The notes: generated from the sequence alone by a model not told the origin. Shown: positions 55,819 through 64,000, counted from the first letter of the stretch. The stretch is DNA of 64,000 nt from Vulcanimicrobiota bacterium (GCA_050250895.1 JBFWNU010000003.1:523302-587301); one strand, 5' to 3'. Translations and numbers: made by a program.

Positions 55819-58181
55819 CCCGCTACATCTACGGCCTGCAAGAACTCGATGCGTCGATGGTCGAGCTGGTGGGCGGCAAGGCGGCCAATCTGGGCGAACT
55901 TCTCAAGCTGCCCAGCGTTCGGGTGCCCGACGGCTTCTGCGTCTCGACCGAGGCGTTCGAGGCCGTGGCGGGGTCAGCCCTCCCGGCCGCCTCCTTTCCC
56001 CCAGACCTGGCCGAGCAGATCCTCTCTAGACTGAGCCCGGGGCAAGCCTATGCGGTGCGCTCGAGCGCCACCGCCGAAGACCTCCCCACCGCCTCCTTTG
56101 CCGGTTTGCACGATAGCTTTCTCGACCTGGGCCGTGAGGCGGTCCTCGAGCACATCAGCAAGTGCTGGGCTTCGCTGTTTTCCCCACGGGCGGTGGCCTA
56201 TCGAAGCCAGCACGGCTTCGACCATGGGCCGGTTCGCCTGGCCGTCATTGTCCAGCAGATGGTGGCCGCCCGGTCGGCCGGAGTGATGTTCACTGCCGAC
56301 CCCGTTAGCGGCGACCGCCGGGTAGTCTCCATCGAGGCCGGGGCCGGTCTGGGCGAGGCGCTGGTCTCGGGACTGGTCACCCCGGACCGCTACCGGCTGC
56401 GCGACGGTCAGGTCATCGAGCGGCAAGGCGAGCTGTTATCGGCTGACCAGCTCCTGCAGCTCGAAGGCATCGGTCGGGCCATCGAAACCCACTTTGGATG
56501 TCCTCAGGACATCGAGTGGTGCCTTGATGAGGACGGCTTCTGGGTGGTCCAGAGCCGGCCCATCACCACGCTTTTTCCGGTGCCCGAACGAGACGACCAG
56601 GACTACCACGTCTATCTCTCGGTGGGTCATCAACAGATGATGACGGCGCCTTTTCGACCGCTGGGGCTCTCGGTCTGGCAGATGCTGGCCGCGCGCCCGA
56701 TGTACGCGGCCGGAGGGCGGCTTTTCGTCGACGTGACCCAGGCTCTGGCGTCGGCCGGCCGGTTTGCCCTGCTCGACGCGATGGGCCAGCACGACCCGCT
56801 CATCAAGACCGCCCTCGAGTGGCTCATCGAGCGCGACTTCGAGCCCCTCGAACCGGCCCCCCGGGGCGAGGCTCCACCAACCCCGCCCGACCCCGACCCG
56901 GCCGAGGCTGGCGAGTTGATCGAGCACATCCAGGCCGGTGTGCAAGAGCTGGCCGAGAGCATCCAATCCAGGTCGGGGCCAGAACTGTTCGACTTCATCC
57001 GCCAGGACATCCAGCAGCTCTTGCAGCGTCGCCTGGCCTCGCGCGGCCTTGTCCTCATCATGGCTGCCATCGAAGCCTCTCGTTGGCTCAACGAGAAGAT
57101 GGACCAGTGGCTGGGCGAGAAGAACGCTGCCGACCTCCTTTCCCAGTCGGTGCCCCACAACGTCACCTCCGAGATGGGTCTGGCCCTGCTCGATGTGGCC
57201 GATGCTGTAAGACCTCACCCCGAGGCGATTGCGGCCCTCGAGCAAGCCGGCGACGACTTTCTAGAAGACCTGGCCGAGCCCGAGCCTCGCCAGGCCGCCC
57301 GGGAGTTTCTTGACCGCTTCGGCATGCGCTGCGGAGGAGAGATCGACCTCACCAACCCGCGCTGGAGCGAAGAGCCCTCCAGACTGGCGCCCCTGATTCT
57401 CGCCAATGTCAAGAACTTCGAGCCAGGCGAGAGCAAGCGGCGCTTTGACCAGGGCCTGGCTCAGGCCAGGCGTCAAGAACATGCGTTGCTCGAACGGCTG
57501 AGAGTGCTACCGGACGGTGAGGCCAAAGTCGGCGAGACGCGGCGAAGGATCGGCCTGCTCAGGAGCTTCCTCGGCTATCGCGAGTATCCCAAATACGCCA
57601 TCGTGAGTTGCCTGTTCCTCTACAAGCAGGCGCTGATGAAAGAGATCGACGAGCTGGTCCGCGAAGGCGTGCTGAGCCAGTCTGAGGATGCCTTCTTTCT
57701 CACCTTCGACGAACTGGATCAGGTGGTGCGCAGCCGTTGCTGCGAGACCGACATCGACCGGCGCAAAGACGAGTTCAGGCGCTTCGAGAAGCTGACCCCG
57801 CCGCGCGTGCTCACCTCGAATGGCGAGATGGTGACAGGCTCCTACAACCACCAGAACCTGCTCTCCGGGGCCCTGGTCGGACTGGCTGTTTCGGCCGGTG
57901 TAGTCGAGGGTCGGGCCCGGGTTCTGGCTCGCCTGGACGAGGCCGAGCTCGGCCCTGAGGACATCCTGGTGACGGCCTTTACCGACCCCAGTTGGACTCC
58001 GCTGTTCGTCTCGCTCAAAGGGTTGGTAACCGAGGTCGGAGGGTTGATGACCCACGGGGCCGTCATCGCCCGGGAGTATGGCTTGCCAGCGGTGGTGGGA
58101 GTGGTCGATGCCACCCGGCAAATCCAGGATGGACAACGTATTCGTGTGCATGGCACCCTGGGCTATGTCGAGTTGCTCTAA
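55815..58181 (+). CDS. rph: Rifamycin-inactivating phosphotransferase (PEP-synthase-like)
   Basis: ATP-grasp (VGGKAANLGEL, AVRSSATAED, QSRPIT), middle domain with YLSVGHQQMMT..F.PLGLS, FGMRCGGEID, REYPKY, C-terminal His-swivel GGLMTHGAVIAREYGLPAVVGV. Confidence 0.88.
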   Translation: MTRYIYGLQELDASMVELVGGKAANLGELLKLPSVRVPDGFCVSTEAFEAVAGSALPAASFPPDLAEQILSRLSPGQAYAVRSSATAEDLPTASFAGLHDSFLDLGREAVLEHISKCWASLFSPRAVAYRSQHGFDHGPVRLAVIVQQMVAARSAGVMFTADPVSGDRRVVSIEAGAGLGEALVSGLVTPDRYRLRDGQVIERQGELLSADQLLQLEGIGRAIETHFGCPQDIEWCLDEDGFWVVQSRPITTLFPVPERDDQDYHVYLSVGHQQMMTAPFRPLGLSVWQMLAARPMYAAGGRLFVDVTQALASAGRFALLDAMGQHDPLIKTALEWLIERDFEPLEPAPRGEAPPTPPDPDPAEAGELIEHIQAGVQELAESIQSRSGPELFDFIRQDIQQLLQRRLASRGLVLIMAAIEASRWLNEKMDQWLGEKNAADLLSQSVPHNVTSEMGLALLDVADAVRPHPEAIAALEQAGDDFLEDLAEPEPRQAAREFLDRFGMRCGGEIDLTNPRWSEEPSRLAPLILANVKNFEPGESKRRFDQGLAQARRQEHALLERLRVLPDGEAKVGETRRRIGLLRSFLGYREYPKYAIVSCLFLYKQALMKEIDELVREGVLSQSEDAFFLTFDELDQVVRSRCCETDIDRRKDEFRRFEKLTPPRVLTSNGEMVTGSYNHQNLLSGALVGLAVSAGVVEGRARVLARLDEAELGPEDILVTAFTDPSWTPLFVSLKGLVTEVGGLMTHGAVIAREYGLPAVVGVVDATRQIQDGQRIRVHGTLGYVELL

Positions 58182-58540
58182 GCCGATGCTCAAAGTAAAT
58201 GACCCGCGAGATTCGCGGGTCATTGAGGTCCGTATGGTCATCTATGAGTGCCGCAAGAGTCCACGCCAATTTCCTCTTGCGACTGGACACGACTTCGATT
58301 GTGCAGGAGGGTCGTCGTCGTGTCCGCTGTATGTGCCCTTAGCTTACCCCGCGCAAGTCGGACAGAGCGTGGAACGGGCCAGGGATTGTTGATTTACTGT
58401 TGCAGGCGTGTTAACAGCTTTCTCGGGTCGGGACGGTCGCAAACGGAGGCTGGCCAGTCGGAGCCCCGCCAAAGCGCGATGTCACCCGCGAGCACGAAGA
58501 AGCTCGCCATCCGGGCTAAGCCAGTGGGGCTTGGGTGGGG

Positions 58541-59188
58541 ATGACCCTCGAGCAGATAGCCGCGAAGATCGCCGCTGGCGAGTGGGATGGGTTAGCCGAG
58601 TTGCTTCGTCCGCACGCGGCCGCCGACGACCTGGAAGCCCAGTACTTGCTCGGAAGCCTGCTACTGACGGACTGTTCCGCGTCGAATCTCGAGCTGTTGG
58701 GCTGGCTGGACCGGGCCGTTTCCAAGGGGCACGCGGGAGCACTCTATCTGAAATCGATGCTGGGGGAGGTCAGTGAGGATTCGTTGTGCACCGGCGGGCC
58801 CCAGACCGACGAGCAACGAGAGCTGCTGCAAAGAGCGGCTCAACTGGGTTGGGCTGATGCCCAGAGAGACCTCGGCTGCCTGCTCGCGACGGGAGAGGGC
58901 GGGTTCGCCCAGGACGGTGAACGAGGCCGCTACTGGTATCAGCAGGCGGCCGAGCAAGGCCACTCTGATGCTCAATACAATCTGGCCATCATGCTTCTGG
59001 CTGGCGAAGGGGGTCCCCCCGACCCGGTGGAGGGGATGCGGTGGCTTGGCCTCGCTGCCCGCGCGCCCGATGGTGGCTACTTTGCGGGGGTCGCCGCCGA
59101 CATCCTGAGTGCGGGGGCCTTCGGCGTAAGGCCAGACCCGCAGCGGGCGGCCTTCTATCGTCAGCTTGAGAGCAACTCTCACCGCTAG
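58541..59188 (+). CDS. Sel1-like repeat protein
   Basis: AQYLLG, AAQLGWADAQRDLG, WYQQAAEQGHSDAQYNLA. Confidence 0.88.
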   Translation: MTLEQIAAKIAAGEWDGLAELLRPHAAADDLEAQYLLGSLLLTDCSASNLELLGWLDRAVSKGHAGALYLKSMLGEVSEDSLCTGGPQTDEQRELLQRAAQLGWADAQRDLGCLLATGEGGFAQDGERGRYWYQQAAEQGHSDAQYNLAIMLLAGEGGPPDPVEGMRWLGLAARAPDGGYFAGVAADILSAGAFGVRPDPQRAAFYRQLESNSHR

Positions 59189-59248
59189 GGTTGCCCGGCG
59201 CGGCGCTCACTGGAGGTCCGGTCTGGACGGCCGGGGAATTTGAGTTGG

Positions 59249-59854
59249 ATGAGGACCGTCGGGATCAGAAGGCCGGGAGACGGCTGGTTTTACATCCTGC
59301 GCGATCGCTTCTACTTCGTTTGGCTGTCGACCCTGGTCTTTTGCCTTATCGCCGGCATCTTCCGCTGGGAGGATCTATTCTATCTGGGGTTCGTGCTCTT
59401 CCTCGCGCTTTGTCCCGTCGGACTGAGCCTGGCTGTTCTCTACCTCTATCGCAACGTGACCTGTGAGTATTGGGCCTATGACCTGGAACTGGGGCAGGTC
59501 TTGCGCGTGGCGAATTGGCCCGCTCGCTATCGGCTGGTGGCTCGCGTGGATGAGCTGACCGAAGTGGTGGTGGCCGCCGAGGAGACAGCGGCCGTCTGGG
59601 TGGCCGATGGCTCAAATCGCAGCGCCGAGCAGGTGGTCTACCTGCTGCGGGGCTTGCTGCCGCCACTGGCTGTGTCGCGCACAAAGTTCTCGGAGCGCCT
59701 GCTCGTCGGGCCGGACGGCCGGGCGACTTTTCTCGCCTATGACTACAATTGGGCCTGGCTGCGGGCGGCGATGGGGCTGGGAGTCTCCTTTAGCTGGCCG
59801 GCCCTGTTGTTGGGCGGGTTGACGTTGCCCGGCTTTTTGATGGTGGGTTACTGA
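59249..59854 (+). CDS. Hypothetical membrane protein
   Basis: Two N-terminal and one or two C-terminal hydrophobic segments; start 59240 or 59249. Confidence 0.6.
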   Translation: MRTVGIRRPGDGWFYILRDRFYFVWLSTLVFCLIAGIFRWEDLFYLGFVLFLALCPVGLSLAVLYLYRNVTCEYWAYDLELGQVLRVANWPARYRLVARVDELTEVVVAAEETAAVWVADGSNRSAEQVVYLLRGLLPPLAVSRTKFSERLLVGPDGRATFLAYDYNWAWLRAAMGLGVSFSWPALLLGGLTLPGFLMVGY

Positions 59855-60107
59855 GACCGTCTTCCAGCTGGAAGTACCCTCGTCCTCGCCCGTTGCGAGA
59901 AAATGTTGTGGTATCCTAATATTTGCGCACCGAGAGATTGTTCCGGTTGGAGTCCAACCTCAAAACATCGCTTCTAAAGTCCCCAGAGACCCTGTCCGGT
60001 ATCCTGGCGCCAGAATGCTTCGCAGAACGGATTTTGGCGCCGCAAGGCCTTCTCGCGGCCACCTGCGAGTCGCCTCGAAAAACCCGTAATCAAGCCGTTT
60101 TCTTGCG

Positions 60108-60136
60108 TTGATCGGGATGGCGATCTTGAGTAAAAT
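60108..60136 (+). promoter_or_regulatory. Sigma70-type promoter of the HNH gene
   Basis: TTGATC-N17-TAAAAT; GGAGG Shine-Dalgarno at 60166-60170. Confidence 0.6.
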
Positions 60137-60176
60137 AGGAGTATCCCTTGATTCTTCTTCTAACCGGAGGTCGGCT

Positions 60177-61364
60177 ATGTCTTCAACGCTAACTGGGCTT
60201 TCCCAAACACTGCAACAACTCTCTCACCAGGAACTGCACCGGCGAAACCAACAGGCTAGCCAGCGCTCCTTTGGCTGCGAGTGGGAGCTGGCCGCCCACC
60301 TTCTAGCTACCGAGCGCAGCGGTCTCTACCGTCACATGGGTAGTGGAAGCGTGGTTGGCTACGCCATCAATCATCTCAATCTGCATCCCCAGAAGGCCGG
60401 TGAACTGCTTAGCCTGGCCAGGGTCTTCGAGCAACTGCCTCTGATATCAGAGGCCTTTCGCGAGGGGAGACTTTGCTGGAGCAAGGCCCGTGCTCTCAAG
60501 CGCATCACCACTCCCGAGAACGAGGCTGAAATGCTCGAATTTGCTTTGAAGAACAAGGCCCAGGCAGTCGAGCGCGCCGTCGCTCTGACTCCCGCCCAGC
60601 ATAAGCGTGGCCAGGCTTTGAAAGCCTCCCTCGAAGCACGTCAGAGTCAGCCCGCGCTGACCTTCGCTGAACAACGCACCGAGGCAGTTCACAAGCCAGC
60701 GCCGCCCCCCGGGCCAGAGGCTCCGAAGTTGAGACAGGTCGTCCTGCTGATGACCTCCGAGCAATACGCCATCTATGAGCAAGCCAAGAGAATGGTCGAG
60801 GCCCGCCAGGGCAAGCGCGTCAGCAAAGAAACGGCTGTGACCGAGATGAGCCGAGCCCTTCTCGCCTCGGCAGACAACCGCAGCAAAGTGCGACATCAGG
60901 TCATTGTTCACGTGAACGGTGAGACCGGCCAGGGCTTCTATGATACCGATCGAGGACTGTTGCCAGCCGAGCCTGCGGCCGTTGACGAGGCGATGAAGCA
61001 AACCGGCATCGTGGTGTCCGGGGCCCCCAGCGTACTTCCAGCTGGAAGTACTCAGGCCGAACAGTTGCCGTTGCTGCCGAGTCGCTCCCAAGGCCGTACG
61101 GGCATTCCGGTGGGTTTGGTGCGAGCGGTCTACGCCCGCGCTTTCGGCCGCTGTGAGCGATGCTCGTGCACAGGCGGCAATCTGGTAATTCATCACGTCC
61201 GTGCCTGGTCCGATACCAGGCGGCATCGGCTGGAAGATCTGGAACTGCTGTGCCCGGGTTGCCACGCCAACGAGCACGTCAAAGACTATGAAAGTCGGCC
61301 CGAGTGGCAGGCAGCGCGAGACGCGGGGGTGCAGCGCCGGCGCATCAGGTCGCGCTCGGGGTGA
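60177..61364 (+). CDS. HNH endonuclease with DUF222-like N-terminal helical domain
   Basis: LAAHL...GLY...GSGSVVGYA...LARVFEQLPLISEAFREGRLCWSKAR N-terminus; C-terminal CERC...IHHV.AWS.....LEDLELLCPGCH..EH. Confidence 0.88.
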   Translation: MSSTLTGLSQTLQQLSHQELHRRNQQASQRSFGCEWELAAHLLATERSGLYRHMGSGSVVGYAINHLNLHPQKAGELLSLARVFEQLPLISEAFREGRLCWSKARALKRITTPENEAEMLEFALKNKAQAVERAVALTPAQHKRGQALKASLEARQSQPALTFAEQRTEAVHKPAPPPGPEAPKLRQVVLLMTSEQYAIYEQAKRMVEARQGKRVSKETAVTEMSRALLASADNRSKVRHQVIVHVNGETGQGFYDTDRGLLPAEPAAVDEAMKQTGIVVSGAPSVLPAGSTQAEQLPLLPSRSQGRTGIPVGLVRAVYARAFGRCERCSCTGGNLVIHHVRAWSDTRRHRLEDLELLCPGCHANEHVKDYESRPEWQAARDAGVQRRRIRSRSG

Positions 61365-61635
61365 CGTCGCCCGGTGCCTTGTCACCGCCGTCCGGGGCGC
61401 CTTATTGGCCGCGCTTCGCCCCTGGACTGTCTTCCATCTGGAAGTACTCGCGCGAATAGTGTTGTGTTCGACTGCGCTGGGCGCCTGGCAGGCTTAGTCG
61501 GCCAACTCATCGGGGGTTACGCCGTTGCGGCCCAGGGGCATCCTCGCTAGACCAAAGACATCGACATTTGGATAGACGCGCAACGACTGATAGTTTCAAG
61601 CTTCTTTCAGGCGGTGCGGCTAGGCTGGCAATACC

Positions 61636-62736
61636 ATGCCAATCACTTTCACTCATCGTGCGGTATCGCTCGAGCAAGCCACGCGCGTCACCCAGCAGGC
61701 CAGCACCGACAAGCATATCCTGTGGGCCTTCGACCCCGAGGATAGCTGGGAAGGCGAAGGCGGCGTGTGGGGACCCGAACCCCGCTTCTTTCCCTCGGCC
61801 GACGGCTCGAAGCTCATCCTGGGAGCGGGCAATCGCCTGGCCGTGCTCGACGCCGGCACTGGCAAACTCGAGTCCGAGCAGAAGTCGCAACTCTACTTCA
61901 ACGATTGGCAGACCTTCGATCCCAAAGGTCGCTATCTCTACAGCTCGGACGACAAGGCCATCAAGGCCCTCAAGGTCTCTGACGGCAAGGTCAAGTGGAC
62001 CTGTCGCTCCCACAACGACGAGTGGTTCGGTCGCACCGCCCCCTGCGTGGGCTCCGACGGCACCGTCTATGTGGGCACTACCCGTGGGTCGGTGCTGGCC
62101 CTCGATGGCGAGACGGGCAAGAAGAAGTGGAAGATCAGCACCGGCATCTACGGTCGAGCCGTGCCGGCCATCGACAAGCAGGGCCATCTCTTCGTCGGTT
62201 TTCTCGGCGTGTCTGGCGATGAGAAGGTGCCTATTCTGGCCCTCGACCCCGCCGACGGCAAGACTTTGCGCAGTCTCGATGTGCCCAATCTCAGCGACGA
62301 ATTGCTGATCGGGCCGGATGGGTTGTTGGTGACCCAGACCACCGAGAGTTTCGACCTCAAGGCGCTCGACCCGGTGACCGGGGCCGAACGCTGGAGCTTT
62401 GACCCTCCTGACCAGGGCGGAGTGCGCTCGTTTGTCAAAGGGCCCAGGAGCGAACTCTGGGTGTCCACTTCCGAGGGCACCCTCTATCGACTCGACGGCC
62501 AGGGTCAGGTGGCTGACACCATCGCCACTGGCGAAGACCTGCGCGGCGCTCCCACGATCACTTCTGACGGGCGCATCTATGCCCGCACCTTCGACAACGA
62601 GGTGCTGGCCGTGGTGCGCGACACGGCTGCCTATCAGAGCAACCACTTCACCGTCACGGCCGAGCCGAAGAAGCAACTGGTGGATGACGGGGTCACCATC
62701 ACCATCGCCGGCATCGAGATCCCGATCGGGGATTAG
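61636..62736 (+). CDS. PQQ-binding-like beta-propeller repeat protein (no signal peptide)
   Basis: ALKVSDGKVKW, GSDGTVYVG...ALDGETGKKKW, ALDPVTGAERW. Confidence 0.88.
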   Translation: MPITFTHRAVSLEQATRVTQQASTDKHILWAFDPEDSWEGEGGVWGPEPRFFPSADGSKLILGAGNRLAVLDAGTGKLESEQKSQLYFNDWQTFDPKGRYLYSSDDKAIKALKVSDGKVKWTCRSHNDEWFGRTAPCVGSDGTVYVGTTRGSVLALDGETGKKKWKISTGIYGRAVPAIDKQGHLFVGFLGVSGDEKVPILALDPADGKTLRSLDVPNLSDELLIGPDGLLVTQTTESFDLKALDPVTGAERWSFDPPDQGGVRSFVKGPRSELWVSTSEGTLYRLDGQGQVADTIATGEDLRGAPTITSDGRIYARTFDNEVLAVVRDTAAYQSNHFTVTAEPKKQLVDDGVTITIAGIEIPIGD

Positions 62737-62872
62737 GCGCGGCACCTCTCGACGGTTGGGGCGAAGGTCCAGACCTGAGGTGATCCTGGAGTGACCAACC
62801 CGCTTTATGCGGCTCAGAAAGAACTCACGGGAATCTGGCCAGTTCCTCATTTAACAGACGTAGAATGAGGGC

Positions 62873-63181
62873 ATGGACGCCCTGACCAACAAACGTCAAA
62901 CGACCCGAAAGCGAATTGTCGTGTCGGTTAAGGGCCTCGCTCTAGCGTCCTCAAGCGTAGCTTCCCTCGACTTGAGTCGAAACGGGCTGAGGCTGGCTCC
63001 GGCTGAAGGGCTGAGGCGGGGCCAGTACGTCGAACTGGTGCTTAAGTCGGAGCGGTTCGAGGTGTTCGTGGGCGGGGTCGTTCGCTGGCTGGCCGATGGG
63101 CATGCCGGCATCGAGTTTGTGGGTCTCTCTCGCCAGTCAGCCTTGAAGCTCAAGGCAGCCCTCGAGGCTTCGCCCACCTAG
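62873..63181 (+). CDS. Stand-alone PilZ domain protein
   Basis: RxxxR (RQTTR) and DxSxxG (DLSRNG) c-di-GMP motifs; VVRW...GIEF. Confidence 0.85.
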   Translation: MDALTNKRQTTRKRIVVSVKGLALASSSVASLDLSRNGLRLAPAEGLRRGQYVELVLKSERFEVFVGGVVRWLADGHAGIEFVGLSRQSALKLKAALEASPT

Positions 63182-63209
63182 CGGGTCACTCAGCTCCTCT
63201 GACGAAGAG

Positions 63210-63632
63210 TTGGCCGTGGTCCTGATCGAAGACGGCAGCAACCAGCTGAGGTTCGAAGTGCTCGAACGGCTCGAGGTGCCTCAGGCCAGCGGCGACCTGC
63301 GGGTGCGGCTCGAGGTGCGTTCGCAAGGCTTTAGCGGGGTTCACACCGTCTGGTTTCAGGCGCACGCCTTTGACCAGTTCCTGGTCGCTCTCGACGACCT
63401 CGAACGTAGCCGTCGCGGCGAGGCCGTTTTGGCGAGTCTGAGTGACGAAGAGTTCAGGCTGACGCTCTTCGCCCGGGACCCGGCCGGGCACATCCAGGCC
63501 GACGGCCACCTGACTCAGGCCGACGGGAGACGGCCCAAAGACCTCTGGAGCCGCCTCGGGTTTGCCCTCGAAGTCGATCCCACCACTCTACCCCAGTTGG
63601 CCGAGGACTTCCGCGCGGAAGTCCTCGGCTAG
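63210..63632 (+). CDS. Hypothetical protein, possibly WapI-like immunity family
   Basis: GFSG...WF....F.QF...L..L...RRGEA.L...F.L......GHI...G.L...F..DPTTL pattern; family call tentative. Confidence 0.55.
   Translation: MAVVLIEDGSNQLRFEVLERLEVPQASGDLRVRLEVRSQGFSGVHTVWFQAHAFDQFLVALDDLERSRRGEAVLASLSDEEFRLTLFARDPAGHIQADGHLTQADGRRPKDLWSRLGFALEVDPTTLPQLAEDFRAEVLG
63600..63629. repeat. 30-nt perfect palindrome centred on CTTCCGCGCGGAAG
   Basis: GCCGAGGACTTCCGCGCGGAAGTCCTCGGC; extends to 63595-63634 with two G:T pairs. Confidence 0.9.
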
Positions 63633-64000
63633 CTTCACGATTCTGAAGCCATAGCGAGCTTCTCCTTTTGCTTGAGCAGCCAGGCCGCGTGGGCGGCCGG
63701 CGAACGCGGGTCGCTGGTGTCCACGCTGCAACTCCAGGCGTCCTCGTTCCCACGGGCCCCATGAAGGTTCCCCCGGTAGAGCGACGCGACTGCGGCGTGC
63801 GGGTTCGGGGAACCTCAAGACCAAGAATACCAGGGTCGGGGTTGACCGTCGGTGAGATTTTCCCTAAAGCTCGGCCGAAAAGCGTCGAGTGTTTCGCCTA
63901 GGACCGCTGCCGCTCTACCAGGTCGGGCTCGACTCTGGGGCCCCGCCGGCAAGACAAGATTTTGGCTATGCGGACGAGCCTCCGGAAGCTAGCCCGGACG

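Larger units (their letters stand above)
59855..61447. mobile_element. Putative HNH-encoding element bounded by 23-nt imperfect direct repeats with palindromic cores
   Basis: GACCGTCTTCCAGCTGGAAGTAC (59855-59877) and GACTGTCTTCCATCTGGAAGTAC (61425-61447); internal perfect palindrome GTACTTCCAGCTGGAAGTAC (61032-61051). Confidence 0.55.

Noticed and set aside
55815-58181. ppsA (PEP synthase)
   Set aside because: The His domain is C-terminal and the pyruvate-binding TIM barrel is absent; the architecture is Rph.
58187-58392. Small Cys-containing ORF after rph (MLKVNDPRDSRV...)
   Set aside because: No recognisable family or convincing start signal; it may be a gene fragment, but I cannot support it.
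60177-61364. IscB/Cas9-like RNA-guided nuclease
   Set aside because: No PLMP or RuvC motifs; only a DUF222-like region plus a terminal HNH.
63633-64000. Coding potential at the right edge of the window
   Set aside because: Only short ORFs with no motifs; cannot be assigned without the adjoining sequence.

Overview
GC-rich bacterial chromosomal window with no rRNA, tRNA, CRISPR array, integrase or transposase that I could recognise. The gene content (many prepilin clusters, DUF222-like HNH, PQQ propellers) is loosely suggestive of Ca. Eremiobacterota/Vulcanimicrobiota, but this is only an impression. About 55 genes are supported. Housekeeping and metabolic genes include a cysteine synthase-family enzyme, FKBP, PBP1A, murB, an aroF-pheA fusion coupled to a phage-type dNMP kinase, GH31, a GHL10 glycosidase, an M2-like peptidase and a P450. 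The window also holds three separate minor-pilin/pseudopilin clusters (two with their own GspF/PilC), a DUF2760-Hsp70-Hsp70 triad, a hybrid histidine kinase, a rifamycin phosphotransferase (rph) and a convergently arranged DUF433/DUF5615 toxin-antitoxin pair. The strongest unexplained signal is a dispersed palindrome, CTTCC-N4-GGAAG, seen in 7 perfect copies. It forms the core of 23-nt direct repeats bracketing a DUF222-like HNH endonuclease gene. It also marks the exact end of a 25-nt direct repeat bounding a 1.65-kb integrase-free island, and sits at the centre of a 30-nt perfect palindrome. This is a candidate HNH/palindrome-based mobility or gene-capture system. Many genes also show leaderless-type promoters (TANNNT 5-8 nt before the start codon). 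All family calls come from motif recognition by eye, with no database searches.
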